A stretch of DNA of 64,000 bases from Betaproteobacteria bacterium. Lineage in GTDB: Bacteria; Pseudomonadota; Gammaproteobacteria; Burkholderiales; SG8-39. Positions 1-9,564 of the stretch are shown here, one piece after another. Within the stretch, counting starts at the first letter, position 1, and every line of letters begins with the position of its first letter. The notes beneath the pieces are model-generated. The model was not told the origin of the DNA and made no database searches. It saw only the letters and a program-made list of their open reading frames with translations. The stretch covers positions 3,201-67,200 of the forward strand of contig JAQBBQ010000267.1 in NCBI GenBank assembly GCA_032125995.1, read 5' to 3'. Made by a program: the position numbers and the translations under genes.

Positions 1-293
1 CCTACCTGCGCATCACCAAGGCGCTCGACTACTTTGACCCGGCCGCGGAGTTCGGGGGCAATTTGTCGGCTGCACTCGCGCGCGCGCAGGCGGCCTTCCT
101 CCTCGTTTCGTTCAAATCGGACTGGCGTTTTGCGCCGGCGCGCGGGCGCGAGATCGTTCGCGCGCTACTCGACAACCGCAGAATTCTTTCCTACCTCGAA
201 CTCGACGCGCCTGGCGGCCACGACGCCTTTCTGCTGGACGACCTGCACTATCACGGCGCGCTGCGCGCCTATTTCGGCAACATCGAACTCTGA
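1..293 (+). CDS. metX: homoserine O-acyltransferase MetX, C-terminal fragment (5' end upstream of window)
   Basis: Frame is open from the window edge (phase starts at nt 3) to a stop at 291-293. The tail ...[21 protein letters not shown]...[10 protein letters not shown]... matches the conserved MetX C-terminus, and metW follows 12 nt downstream. Confidence 0.85.
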   Translation, partial: YLRITKALDYFDPAAEFGGNLSAALARAQAAFLLVSFKSDWRFAPARGREIVRALLDNRRILSYLELDAPGGHDAFLLDDLHYHGALRAYFGNIEL

Positions 294-305
294 CGCCGTG
301 AACCA

Positions 306-914
306 ATGAACGCCACCGATCACGCCCTGCTTGCGGCACGCCCGGATTTCGCTGCCATCGCCCGGTGGGTTGTGCCGGGTGCGCGCGTGCTCGACCTGGG
401 CTGTGGCGATGGCGCGCTGCTGCGCTACCTCTGGGAGGCGCGCCAGGCCCCGGGCTACGGCGTCGAAATCGATTCCGCCGAAGTGGTCGCCTGCGTAAAG
501 AACGACGTCAACGTACTACAGATGAACCTTGAGGACGGGCTCTCGGTGTTCCGCGACCGGTCGTTCGACTACGTGCTGCTCTCGGAGACCCTGCAGACCA
601 TCCACCGCACCGAGCAGCTGATGCGCGAAATGCTGCGCGTCGGGCGCGAGGTGATCGTTTCGTTTCCAAATTTCGGTCATTGGCAGTCGCGCCTGCAGCT
701 CCTGCTCGGGCGGATGCCGGTCTCGGAAGCGTTGCCCTACGCGTGGTACGAGACACCGAACGTGCATCTGTGCACGCTCACCGATTTCGAAGATCTGTGC
801 CGCCGGCTCGGGACCCGCATCGAGGAGCGGCTCGTGTTGCACGCGGGCCAGCCGGTGAGTCTGCTGCCGAACCTCTTCGGCAGCCTCGCGGCGTACCGCT
901 GCACCCGCGACTAG
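306..914 (+). CDS. metW: methionine biosynthesis protein MetW
   Basis: 202 aa with a SAM-methyltransferase-like motif (VLDLGCGDGALL) and the conserved MetW tail FPNFGHWQSRLQLLLGRMPVS. Lies directly after metX. Confidence 0.9.
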   Translation: MNATDHALLAARPDFAAIARWVVPGARVLDLGCGDGALLRYLWEARQAPGYGVEIDSAEVVACVKNDVNVLQMNLEDGLSVFRDRSFDYVLLSETLQTIHRTEQLMREMLRVGREVIVSFPNFGHWQSRLQLLLGRMPVSEALPYAWYETPNVHLCTLTDFEDLCRRLGTRIEERLVLHAGQPVSLLPNLFGSLAAYRCTRD

Positions 915-934
915 CGGTGCGTGGGGCGCCGACG

Positions 935-1513
935 CTAGCCGCGACAGGTCGAGACGCTTTCTATCCAACGCGCCAGTTCGGCGACCGCGCGCGCAACCGC
1001 GCGCTGCATTGCCGCCACGCCCTGCGCGGCATTCGCGCCACCCTGGGGCTCCGAGATGCGCAGCGCGCGGGTTCCGATTCGGTCCGCGGGCGACGCAAGC
1101 GTCGCAATGAGCTCGAGCTGCGCCGTGCTCACGCCCTCCGCGCTGAACACCTGGCTGAATTCCTGCACCTCGATCTCCAGCGCGCAGCGCGCGGCACCCG
1201 GCTGCATCGCACGCGCGATCTGCTTACTGACGAGATCGGGCGGTCGCGCTGCCCAGCGCGAGTTTGCGAACGTACCCAGCTCGGCGCCGTCACGGTAGGC
1301 AAGCCGATAGTGCATCGCACGCTCGTCGAAGGGTTGTACGGCCCGCACGCTGCGTAGATGGACGGCGGGCATGTGCGCGGCCGGCGTCTCGATGCCGAGA
1401 TCATAGGCGCGCGGCAGTTCATCCGGCGCACCGCCGCCCGCGCAACCGGCAAGCCCCGCGACGATCGCGCAGCTGATCAAATCCCACAGGGTCCGTACAC
1501 GGTTCGCGCTCAT
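935..1513 (-). CDS. ABC-type transport auxiliary lipoprotein (DUF330-like) of the MCE/Mla-type system
   Basis: 192 aa with a lipobox (VAGLAGC) near the N-terminus. Start overlaps the stop of the upstream MCE gene by 4 nt (ATGA). Position and size fit the auxiliary lipoprotein usually found after MCE genes. Confidence 0.7.
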   Translation of the reverse strand: MSANRVRTLWDLISCAIVAGLAGCAGGGAPDELPRAYDLGIETPAAHMPAVHLRSVRAVQPFDERAMHYRLAYRDGAELGTFANSRWAARPPDLVSKQIARAMQPGAARCALEIEVQEFSQVFSAEGVSTAQLELIATLASPADRIGTRALRISEPQGGANAAQGVAAMQRAVARAVAELARWIESVSTCRG

Positions 1514-2484
1514 TGGAATCCCGCCTCACCGGGGCCCGGGCGCGCCGCGTTGCGCCCCCAAAGCAAACTGTCAGGTTTCTGCTCGATTTCCTCGGCCAGC
1601 TTGCCGACGCGCTGCGCGCTGCGCGCCACCGAATCCGCAAGCGCGTCCACCTTCGGCAGCGTGCTGGCGCGCACGCCGCCGAGCGCAGCCTTCGACTCAC
1701 GCGCCAACGCAGTGGCCTCGGCCGCCAGCTGCATCGCCTGCGCGGAGAGCGCACGCGCGTCGCGCACCAGCTGCTGCGAATCGGTAACCAACGCCGGTAG
1801 TTTTTGCGTCGCCGCGTTCATATTGGCAAGCGTCGCGGCAACATTGCGGCGGTTCTCCTCGTTCAGCCACGCCTGCAGGCGCTCATCGGTGCGCTTGACG
1901 ACGCCCGGTAGCTGCTTTGCGGTCACGTTGAGATCGGCAATGAGTTCCTCGATGTGGGCAAGCGAACGCCCGATGCGCTCGCGGTTCTCGTCGTTGACGA
2001 GCTTGGTCAACTCGGCGATCAGCACCCGTCCGTCACGCAGCACGGCCTCTGCGTTGTCGGTCAGCGCATCGAGGAACGAAGGCCGCAGATGAATCTCTGG
2101 AACGCCATCCCGGCCCTTGGCGGGCGGCTCCCGGGAGCTGAAATCGTCCTGCAGGTGGACATAGGCGATCCCGGTGATCCCCTCCTGTCCGAGCTGCGCG
2201 TAGGTGCCGCGGGTGATCGGGATCGACTTGTCAATCTCGATACCGATCTGGATCCGATTCGGGTTCGCCGCGTCAAGCTGGATGCTCGCCACCCGCCCCG
2301 CGTCAAGGCCACGATAGCTCACCCGCCCCTGCTCGCTCAAGCCGGTGATCGGCCGCAGTGCAACCACGCGATAGCTGCTGCGTTGGACGGGATCGCCGGC
2401 AAGCCAGTTTGCCCACACCGCGATCGCCACCGCGATCGCGACAATGAACACGCCGGTGATCAGCGCATAGGCGCGGTTTTCCAC
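1510..2484 (-). CDS. MCE/MlaD-family periplasmic substrate-binding protein
   Basis: 324 aa with an N-terminal TM helix (ALITGVFIVAIAVAIAVW), then an MCE-domain-like segment (YRVVALRPITGLSEQGRVSYRGLDAGRV) and a long helical C-terminus. Confidence 0.85.
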   Translation of the reverse strand: MENRAYALITGVFIVAIAVAIAVWANWLAGDPVQRSSYRVVALRPITGLSEQGRVSYRGLDAGRVASIQLDAANPNRIQIGIEIDKSIPITRGTYAQLGQEGITGIAYVHLQDDFSSREPPAKGRDGVPEIHLRPSFLDALTDNAEAVLRDGRVLIAELTKLVNDENRERIGRSLAHIEELIADLNVTAKQLPGVVKRTDERLQAWLNEENRRNVAATLANMNAATQKLPALVTDSQQLVRDARALSAQAMQLAAEATALARESKAALGGVRASTLPKVDALADSVARSAQRVGKLAEEIEQKPDSLLWGRNAARPGPGEAGFQ

Positions 2485-2498
2485 TGTCCCCTCCGCGC

Positions 2499-3302
2499 TT
2501 AGGCCGCCTTAAAGGCGCGCCGGCCGCGCTCCCCCCCGAAAAAACTCTGGACGAAACGGTGCTCTACCGAGCGTACTTCGTCGACTGAGCCGCAGGCGAT
2601 TATATGCTGGTCGGCGAGCACTGCGATCCGGTCAGTGAGGTCGTGTAGCGTGTCGAGATCGTGCGTCACCATCAGGACCGCGAACCGGTACTCGGTTCGC
2701 AGCCGCTTGATGAGGCGCACGAAGGCCTCCGAGCGGTCGGGGTCGAGCCCCGCAGTCGGCTCATCCAGAATCAGTAGTTCGGGCGAGAGCGCCATTGCGC
2801 GTGCGAGCGAGACGCGCTTGACCATGCCGCCCGAGAGATTCGCCGGCATCAGATCCGCGTGCTGCGGTTCGAGTTCGACCTGCGCGAGTTTCGCATGCAC
2901 GATCGCGTGGATCGCGTCCTCGTCCAGGCCACCGCGTTCGCGCAATGGAAAGGCGACATTCTGAAAAACCGTGAGCGCGGAATACAGGGCACCGTTCTGG
3001 AACAGCATGCCCATGCGTTCGCGCGTGGCGCGTATCTGCGCGTAGCCCGCGCCGTCCCAGGACACTCCGAACACCCGCACGACGCCCGCACTCGGCCGCT
3101 TCAGACCGAGGATCACGCGCACCAGTTGGGTCTTCCCGCTACCGGACCCGCCGACCAGCGTCATCACTTCGCCCGCGTGCACGTCAAAATCCAGATCGCG
3201 GTGCAGCACGAAGTTCGACACCTTGTTGAGGAGCTTGCGAATCTCGACCACATTCTCGCCGCTGTTCTCGGCGTCGTGCTCGACAGGGGTCTTAGCCGAC
3301 AT
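2499..3302 (-). CDS. ABC transporter ATP-binding protein (MlaF-like)
   Basis: Walker A GGSGSGKT, ABC signature LSGGMVKRVSLARA and Walker B LLILDEPTAGLD. Confidence 0.9.
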   Translation of the reverse strand: MSAKTPVEHDAENSGENVVEIRKLLNKVSNFVLHRDLDFDVHAGEVMTLVGGSGSGKTQLVRVILGLKRPSAGVVRVFGVSWDGAGYAQIRATRERMGMLFQNGALYSALTVFQNVAFPLRERGGLDEDAIHAIVHAKLAQVELEPQHADLMPANLSGGMVKRVSLARAMALSPELLILDEPTAGLDPDRSEAFVRLIKRLRTEYRFAVLMVTHDLDTLHDLTDRIAVLADQHIIACGSVDEVRSVEHRFVQSFFGGERGRRAFKAA

Positions 3303-4452
3303 TACGCAACAGTATCGCGAAAACGGAGTCGAGCAGGATTACGCAGGTGATCGACGCGACCACCGAACGCGTCACACCCGCTGCCAGGCTATCGGTGTTC
3401 GGCTGCACGCGCAGGCCGTAGTGGCAGGCGACGAACGCGACGGCGAACCCGAACGCGACCGACTTGCCAATTCCGATCCAGAAATTGACCACCTCGACCG
3501 CGCGCGGCAGCGCGACGAGAAACGCCGCCGGCGCGATATCCAGCGTGACGTCCGCGATCATCATGCCACCCGCGAGTGCTGCAATGTCGGTGCAGAACGT
3601 GACCATCGGCAGCGCGATCGCCAGGCCCAGGACCTTCGGCAGCACCAGTCGCGCGGTCACTGAAATGCCCATCACGGAAAGCGCCTCGATCTCCTCGGTG
3701 ACCCGCATGACGCCGAGTTGCGCGGTCATCGCCGAGCCCGAGCGACCCGCCGCGATGATCGAGGCAAGTAATGGCCCGAGTTCGCGCACCACGCCGATGC
3801 CGACGATGTTGATGACGAGCAGGTCGGCGCCGTAGCGCTTCAGCTGCAACGCCGAGAGATAGGTCAGCACGACCCCGATCAGGAACCCGACCAGCATGGT
3901 CACCGGCAACGCCGAGACGCCTGCGCGGTATACATTCGCCGACAGTTCGCGCAGCGGAAATTCGCGCCAGCGCCGCGTTACCCGCGCAAGATCGAGCACC
4001 AGTTGACCGAGCAGGGCCGTGGCATCCCGGATGTGGTGCCAGAAGTTGATGCCGCCCTCGCCCACGGCGACGATTGCGGCCAGCGGGTCGAGGCGCCGCG
4101 CCGGCCGACCGACGAGCAGGCCCTGGCTGGCCTGATTGAGCAGGTCGCGGTAACTGGGCGCCACGTCGATGCGCTCGGCCGAGCGGAGCGCACGCACCAG
4201 CCAGACCGCGCCCGCGTCGTCGAGTGCGGTGATTCCCGTCAGATCCCAGCGCAGCGTGTGGGCCGGTCGGCGCTCGAGGTCCGCGGCCAGCCGCGCCAAC
4301 GCGTAGCGCCGCGCCGACAGCGCGCCGAAGGTCCAGTCGCCGTGCACCCGGATCGCCGCCCCGGGCTCGGCGCCCGACAGCTCCCCGATCTCGAGCGCGG
4401 CTTGGGCAGCGGACATGGCGGACGATGTTACCAGCGCCGTGACGGTAGCCAC
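3292..4452 (-). CDS. MlaE-family ABC permease with N-terminal STAS-like extension
   Basis: 386 aa. The C-terminal ~260 aa is a polytopic MlaE-type permease (…TAQLGVMRVTEEIEALSVMGI…). The N-terminal ~115 aa is soluble and resembles a STAS/anti-sigma-antagonist (MlaB-like) module. Overlaps the ATPase gene by 11 nt. Confidence 0.8.
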   Translation of the reverse strand: MATVTALVTSSAMSAAQAALEIGELSGAEPGAAIRVHGDWTFGALSARRYALARLAADLERRPAHTLRWDLTGITALDDAGAVWLVRALRSAERIDVAPSYRDLLNQASQGLLVGRPARRLDPLAAIVAVGEGGINFWHHIRDATALLGQLVLDLARVTRRWREFPLRELSANVYRAGVSALPVTMLVGFLIGVVLTYLSALQLKRYGADLLVINIVGIGVVRELGPLLASIIAAGRSGSAMTAQLGVMRVTEEIEALSVMGISVTARLVLPKVLGLAIALPMVTFCTDIAALAGGMMIADVTLDIAPAAFLVALPRAVEVVNFWIGIGKSVAFGFAVAFVACHYGLRVQPNTDSLAAGVTRSVVASITCVILLDSVFAILLRNVG

Positions 4453-4480
4453 GGCGCAATGATCTACCCGCGACCACCCG

Positions 4481-5740
4481 CTAGCCGTGCGGCGCCACGT
4501 CGAGCGCCTCGATCCGCTTGCGCAGCCACACCAGCATGAGCACGCCTGGCAGCGCAGCGACGAAGGTGAACAGAAAGAAAACGACCCAACCCAGGCTCGC
4601 GGCCATCACGCCGGCCGCGGGACCGACATAGACCCGGCCGAATGCCGCGAGCGCCGAGAGCAGGGCGTACTGCGTCGCCGAAAAGCGTCGGTCGCACATC
4701 GCCATCAGCAGCGCGACAAAGGCGGCGGTCCCCATCCCGCCGCAGAGGTTCTCCGCGGCGATCACCGCGATCATCAGCCCGTAACTCTTGCCCGCGGACG
4801 CGAGCAGCATGAAGCCCAGATTGGTGAGCGCCTGCAGCAGGCCGAACAGGAGCAGTGCACCATACAGACGCAGCCGCGCCATCAGCACGCCGCCCAAGAG
4901 GGCCCCGAGGATCGTCGCAACGATGCCGAGCCACTTGTTGATCAGGCCCACCTCGGTGAGCGAGAACCCCGGGCCGCGCAGCAGGAACGCCGTGGTCAGG
5001 CTGCCGGCGAAGGCATCGCCCAGCTTGTAGAGAATCACCAGGATCAGCATGACCCACGCGCCGTGCCTCGAAAAGTACTCGGCCAGCGGTTCACGCACCG
5101 CCTCGGCGAGTGACTGCGGCGCGCGCGCAGGCGCGAGCGGTTCCCGACTGGCCCAAGTCGCCGCGAGCCCCACGAGCATCAACCCGGCCATCACGAAATA
5201 GGTGCCATGCCAGCCGAGCCAGCTGTCGGCGAGCATCAACGCGAGTCCGCCCGAGACCAGCATCGCGATGCGGTAACCGAGCACCGAGACCGCGGCTCCG
5301 GCGCCGCGCTCGTCGGCGTCGAGCACGTCAGCACGGTACGCGTCGAAGACGATGTCCTGCGACGCGGAGAGTAAGGCCACCGAAAACGCGACGCCCGCGA
5401 GCAGCCAGGGCGACGTTTGCGCCGAGAGCGTGCCCATCCAGGCAATCGCCGCGAGCAGCGCCAGTTGCGTCAGCGCCAGCCAGCCCCGGCGCCGCCCGAG
5501 GAACGGTATCCGGTACCGGTCCATCAAGGGTGCCCAGAGAAACTTGTAGGTGTAGGGCTGGCCAACGAGCGCAAACAGCCCGATCGTTCTCAGGTCGACC
5601 TGCTCGACTGCAAGCCAGGCCTGCAACGTGCCGGCGGTGAGCGCCAGCGGAAGCCCGGAGGCAAATCCGAGCACCAGGAGAAGGAAGATCTTGCGGCTGC
5701 GGAACACCGCAGCAAAGCCATGTGAGGCGTCGGTTGGCAT
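4481..5740 (-). CDS. ampG: AmpG-family muropeptide MFS permease
   Basis: 419 aa. The N-terminus LLLVLGFASGLPLALTAGTLQAWL...YKFLWAPLMDRY is characteristic of AmpG. Confidence 0.85.
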   Translation of the reverse strand: MPTDASHGFAAVFRSRKIFLLLVLGFASGLPLALTAGTLQAWLAVEQVDLRTIGLFALVGQPYTYKFLWAPLMDRYRIPFLGRRRGWLALTQLALLAAIAWMGTLSAQTSPWLLAGVAFSVALLSASQDIVFDAYRADVLDADERGAGAAVSVLGYRIAMLVSGGLALMLADSWLGWHGTYFVMAGLMLVGLAATWASREPLAPARAPQSLAEAVREPLAEYFSRHGAWVMLILVILYKLGDAFAGSLTTAFLLRGPGFSLTEVGLINKWLGIVATILGALLGGVLMARLRLYGALLLFGLLQALTNLGFMLLASAGKSYGLMIAVIAAENLCGGMGTAAFVALLMAMCDRRFSATQYALLSALAAFGRVYVGPAAGVMAASLGWVVFFLFTFVAALPGVLMLVWLRKRIEALDVAPHG

Positions 5741-5820
5741 GCGGTGCCTGAACGTTAACGGATTCTAAACGCCAGCATGAGGCGCCGCCGGGACGACCGC
5801 GCCTTGTATCCGGTACCCCG

Positions 5821-5841
5821 CACGCGGCACGCGGCACGCCG
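5821..5841. repeat. 7-bp tandem repeat, 3 units (CACGCGG CACGCGG CACGCCG), intergenic
   Basis: Read directly in the 112-nt gap between the xth stop (5853) and the ampG start (5740). Confidence 0.7.
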
Positions 5842-5852
5842 CAGATTGCACG

Positions 5853-6638
5853 TCAGTCAAGCGGCCAGTCGTAGTCGATCGTGAGCGGCGCGTGATCCGA
5901 GAAGCGCTGGCGTTTGAAGATCGACTCGCGCACGGCGCATGCCGCGAGGCTCGGCGTGGCGATCTGGTAGTCAATGCGCCAACCGACGTTCTTCGCCCAG
6001 GCCTGGCCGCGGTTCGACCACCACGTGTATTGCTCCGGCCGGGGATTGATCTGCCGGAAGACGTCGACGAAACCCACCGCGTCGAACACGCGCGAGAGCC
6101 AGGCGCGCTCCGCCGGAAGAAAGCCGGAATTTTTCTGGTTTGCGCGCCAGTTCTTGAGGTCGATTTCCTGGTGTGCGATGTTCCAGTCGCCGGCGAGCAG
6201 CACTTCGCGGCCCGAGCGTTTGAGCTTGCGCAGGTAGGGCAGAAAGACCTTCAGAAAGCGGAATTTTGATGCCTGCCGGTGCGGTCCGCTCGATCCCGAT
6301 GGCAGATAGAGCGAGATCACGGACAGCGCGCCGAAGCGCGCTTCGACCGACCGGCCCTCACGGTCGAATTCACGCGTCCCGAAGCCGCGGATGACGGCGT
6401 CCGGCGGGCGGCGGCTTAAGATCGCGACACCGCTATAGCCCTTCTTTTCCGCGAGCGCGTAGGTGGCGGCATAGCGCCGAGGAACATGCACCCCATGCTC
6501 GATGTCGGCGGCCTGCGCCTTCATCTCCTGCAGGCAGATGATGTCCGCGCGCTGGCGCCCGAGCCACGCCGGAAGGCCTTTCTTCGCCGCTGCGCGGATG
6601 CCGTTTACGTTTAGCGTGACGACCCGCACGCGGGGCAC
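5853..6638 (-). CDS. xth: exodeoxyribonuclease III
   Basis: 261 aa. N-terminus VVTLNVNGIRAA...DIICLQEMK and C-terminus ...SDHAPLTIDY are typical of the ExoIII/AP-endonuclease family. Confidence 0.9.
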   Translation of the reverse strand: MPRVRVVTLNVNGIRAAAKKGLPAWLGRQRADIICLQEMKAQAADIEHGVHVPRRYAATYALAEKKGYSGVAILSRRPPDAVIRGFGTREFDREGRSVEARFGALSVISLYLPSGSSGPHRQASKFRFLKVFLPYLRKLKRSGREVLLAGDWNIAHQEIDLKNWRANQKNSGFLPAERAWLSRVFDAVGFVDVFRQINPRPEQYTWWSNRGQAWAKNVGWRIDYQIATPSLAACAVRESIFKRQRFSDHAPLTIDYDWPLD

Positions 6639-7328
6639 TCAGGACGAGGGATAGCTCGAGACGCCGCCGTGCGCCGCCGACCACTCGGCGGGCGACTTGA
6701 GGAACTTCTCGACTTCTCCGACCTGCTTCGCGCCAAGGTATCCACCCTGCTTGACCACCGCCAGCACGTCCCACCATGTTGCCAGGTGGTGCAGGCGCAC
6801 GTTCAGATCGGACATGATGGTCTTCGACTCCGGGAAGATGTCGTAGAAGAAATTGACGAAGACATGGTCGACAACGGCGCCCGCCCCGCGCAGCGCCTGG
6901 CAAAAATTGATCTTCGAACGCCCGTCGGTCGTCAAATCCTCGACCAGCAGCGTACGCGCGCCGTCACGGATGTCGCCTTCGATTTGCGCATTGCGCCCGA
7001 AGCCCTTAGGCTTCTTACGCACGTACTGCATCGGCAAGCCGAAGCGGTCCGCAATCCAGGCCGCATAGGGAATTCCCGCGGTTTCGCCACCCGCAACGAC
7101 GTCGAACTGCTCGAAGCCCACATCGCGCGTCAGCGTCGCCTCGGCAAAATCCACCAGCCGCGCGCGAATGCGTGGATAAAAAATGAGCTTTCGGCAGTCG
7201 ATGTAGACCGGGCTCGCCCATCCCGAGGTAAAGATGAACGGCTTGTCCTCCCAAAACAGCACTGCCTTCACTTCGAGCAGCATCTTGGCGGTGGTCTCGG
7301 CGATAAACGCGCGGTCGGCGGACTGCAT
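6639..7328 (-). CDS. pyrE: orotate phosphoribosyltransferase
   Basis: 229 aa with the PRPP-binding motif [13 protein letters not shown] and [15 protein letters not shown]. Confidence 0.9.
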   Translation of the reverse strand: MQSADRAFIAETTAKMLLEVKAVLFWEDKPFIFTSGWASPVYIDCRKLIFYPRIRARLVDFAEATLTRDVGFEQFDVVAGGETAGIPYAAWIADRFGLPMQYVRKKPKGFGRNAQIEGDIRDGARTLLVEDLTTDGRSKINFCQALRGAGAVVDHVFVNFFYDIFPESKTIMSDLNVRLHHLATWWDVLAVVKQGGYLGAKQVGEVEKFLKSPAEWSAAHGGVSSYPSS

Positions 7329-7439
7329 CTATCGCATCTGGGCGGCTGGCGGGAACACGGCGTGGATTTTATCAGGTGGGCGCGCCGTCACCGGGTGGCG
7401 TTAGAATCACATCATTCCTTGGATCGCGCAGGAGGCAAC

Positions 7440-8086
7440 ATGGTCCGCACCACCTCGCTCGCCGCACTCGCCGTCGGCGCCATGCTTGCCGCGTTGCCGC
7501 CGTTGGCTGAGGCGCAGTCCTATCGATGCGTCGGCGCGGACGGCAAGAAGTATTACGGTCAGACCATCCCGCGGCCGTGCATCGGTCTGGTCGTCGAGCA
7601 ACTCAACCAGCAGGGAATGGTCATTCGACGCATCGACCCGAAGGGTTCGGCGGCCGAGCGCGAGGCGAAGGAAGCCGAGGCACAGAAGAAGCGCCAGGAT
7701 GCAATCGCGCGCCGCGTTGAGTTGCGTCACAATCGCGCGTTGCTGGCGACCTACACGAGCGTCGAGGACATCGAGGCGGCACGCGGGCGGGCGCTCGCCG
7801 GCAACACCTTGGCGATCAAAGACGTGGATGACAAGATCGACCGGATCAAGAAGCGTCAAGAAAAGCTCGCCAGGAAATGGAAGTCTACAAGGACAAGGAG
7901 CCGCCGGCCGAGCTAAAGCGCGACATTAAGAACGCGGAGATCGACCTCGCCGCGCAGGAAGGCCTGCGCGCGTCCAAGCTGAAGGACGCTGACGCAATCA
8001 ACGCGAAATACGACGAGAACAAGAACCGCTACATCGAGCTGACGCAGCCTAAGAAGGAATCAAAGAAGGAAGCAAAGAAGGAATAG
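7440..8086 (+). pseudogene. secreted DUF4124-type protein, reading frame broken by an apparent 1-nt deletion (or assembly error) near 7860-7877
   Basis: Signal peptide MVRTTSLAALAVGAMLAALPPLAEA followed by QSYRCVGADGKKYYG (DUF4124-like). Frame 0 stops at 7916, while the coiled-coil/Lys-rich continuation (EMEVYKDKEPPAELKRDIKNAEIDL...) runs in another frame from 7877 to 8086. Total span is 647 nt, which is 3n-1. RBS AGGAGG lies before the ATG at 7440. Confidence 0.6.
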
Positions 8087-8105
8087 GCGCGCTGCTGGGC
8101 GCGGC

Positions 8106-9539
8106 CTAGCCCAGCCTGCGGCGCAGGATCTCGTTGACTTGCGCGGGGTTCGCCTTGCCCCGCGTCGCCTTCATGACCTGGCCAACGAGCGCATTGAGCG
8201 CTTTTTGCTTGCCCGCGCGGTAGTCTTCGACCTGGCGGGCGTTTGCGGCGAGCACCTTATCCACCGCTTTTTCGAGCGCGCCGGCGTCGCTGATCTGCTG
8301 CAGGCCGCGCTTGTCGATGATCTCATCCGCGCTGCCTTCGCCCGCCCACATCGCGTCATCGACCTCCTTGGCGAGCTTGGCCGAGAGCGTGCCGTCCACG
8401 AGGCGGTCGATGAGCCCGCGTAGCTGCGCGGGACTGACCGACGAATCCGCGATGCCGATTCCCCGCTCGTTTAGCTTTGCATTGGTATTCACCGCAATCC
8501 AATTCGCCGCCTGCCGCACCGTCTTCGGGTCCGCGTTCTCGATCACTTGCTCGAAGTAGTTCGCCATCGGCAGGCTGCTCGTGAGGATCGCCGCATTGGC
8601 CGGCGTCAGCGCGTGCGCTTCGCTAAATCGCCGGCAACGTTCGGCCGGCAACTCAGGCATCGCCGCACGAATACGCTCGATGTCCACCTCGCTCACGACG
8701 AGCGGCAGCAGATCCGGATCCGGAAAGTAGCGATAGTCCTGTGCGTCTTCCTTGGTCCGCATCGGGCGCGTCTCGTCGCGATCCGGATCGTAAAGCCGGG
8801 TCTCCTGGGCGATACGCCCACCGTCCTCGACAATCCCGATCTGGCGCCGTGCCTCGTATTCGATCGCCCGCTCCATGAAGCGGAACGAGTTCAGGTTCTT
8901 GATCTCGCAGCGCGTGCCGTACGCGGATTCGCCCAGGCGGCGCACCGAAACATTGGCGTCGCAGCGAAACGACCCTTCCTGCATGTTGCCGTCGCAGACG
9001 CCGATCCAGACGACCAGCGCGTGAAGCGCGCGCGCATAGGCGATCGCCTCCTTCGCGCCGCGCAGGTCCGGCTCGGTAACGATCTCGAGCAGCGGGGTGC
9101 CTGCGCGGTTGAGATCGATCCCGGACATGCCATGAAAGTCTTCATGCAGCGACTTGCCGGCATCCTCTTCTAGGTGCGCGCGTGTCAACGCGATGCGTTT
9201 CTCGCCCGCGTCCAGAACGACCGGCACCGCACCGCCCCGCACGATCGGGCTTTCGTACTGGCTGATTTGATAGCCCTTGGGAAGATCCGGATAAAAATAG
9301 TTCTTGCGCGCGAAAATCGAGCGGCGGTTGATGGACCCGCCGACCGCAAGCCCGAAGCGCACCGCAAGCTCGACCGCAGCCTGGTTTAGCACGGGCAGCA
9401 CGCCGGGCAGCGCAATGTCCACCGCGCAAGCCTGTGCATTCGGCTCGGCACCGAATGCGGTCGCCGCACCCGAGAAGATCTTGCTCCGGGTGCGCAACTG
9501 CGCGTGGGTCTCGATGCCGACGACGATTTCCCATTTCAT
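8106..9539 (-). CDS. gatB: Asp-tRNA(Asn)/Glu-tRNA(Gln) amidotransferase subunit B
   Basis: Start set at [15 protein letters not shown] (ATG at 9539). The ORF-track frame runs 87 codons further upstream only because no stop occurs. Homology runs full length to the C-terminal YqeY-like tail. Confidence 0.92.
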   Translation of the reverse strand: MKWEIVVGIETHAQLRTRSKIFSGAATAFGAEPNAQACAVDIALPGVLPVLNQAAVELAVRFGLAVGGSINRRSIFARKNYFYPDLPKGYQISQYESPIVRGGAVPVVLDAGEKRIALTRAHLEEDAGKSLHEDFHGMSGIDLNRAGTPLLEIVTEPDLRGAKEAIAYARALHALVVWIGVCDGNMQEGSFRCDANVSVRRLGESAYGTRCEIKNLNSFRFMERAIEYEARRQIGIVEDGGRIAQETRLYDPDRDETRPMRTKEDAQDYRYFPDPDLLPLVVSEVDIERIRAAMPELPAERCRRFSEAHALTPANAAILTSSLPMANYFEQVIENADPKTVRQAANWIAVNTNAKLNERGIGIADSSVSPAQLRGLIDRLVDGTLSAKLAKEVDDAMWAGEGSADEIIDKRGLQQISDAGALEKAVDKVLAANARQVEDYRAGKQKALNALVGQVMKATRGKANPAQVNEILRRRLG

Positions 9540-9564
9540 GACGGCATGCGCCCCAGGACTTCGC

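Noticed and set aside
6669-7916. 415-aa plus-strand ORF
   Set aside because: Its first ~250 codons are antisense to pyrE. Only the part from the ATG at 7440 (signal peptide, preceded by AGGAGG) is credible as the DUF4124 gene.
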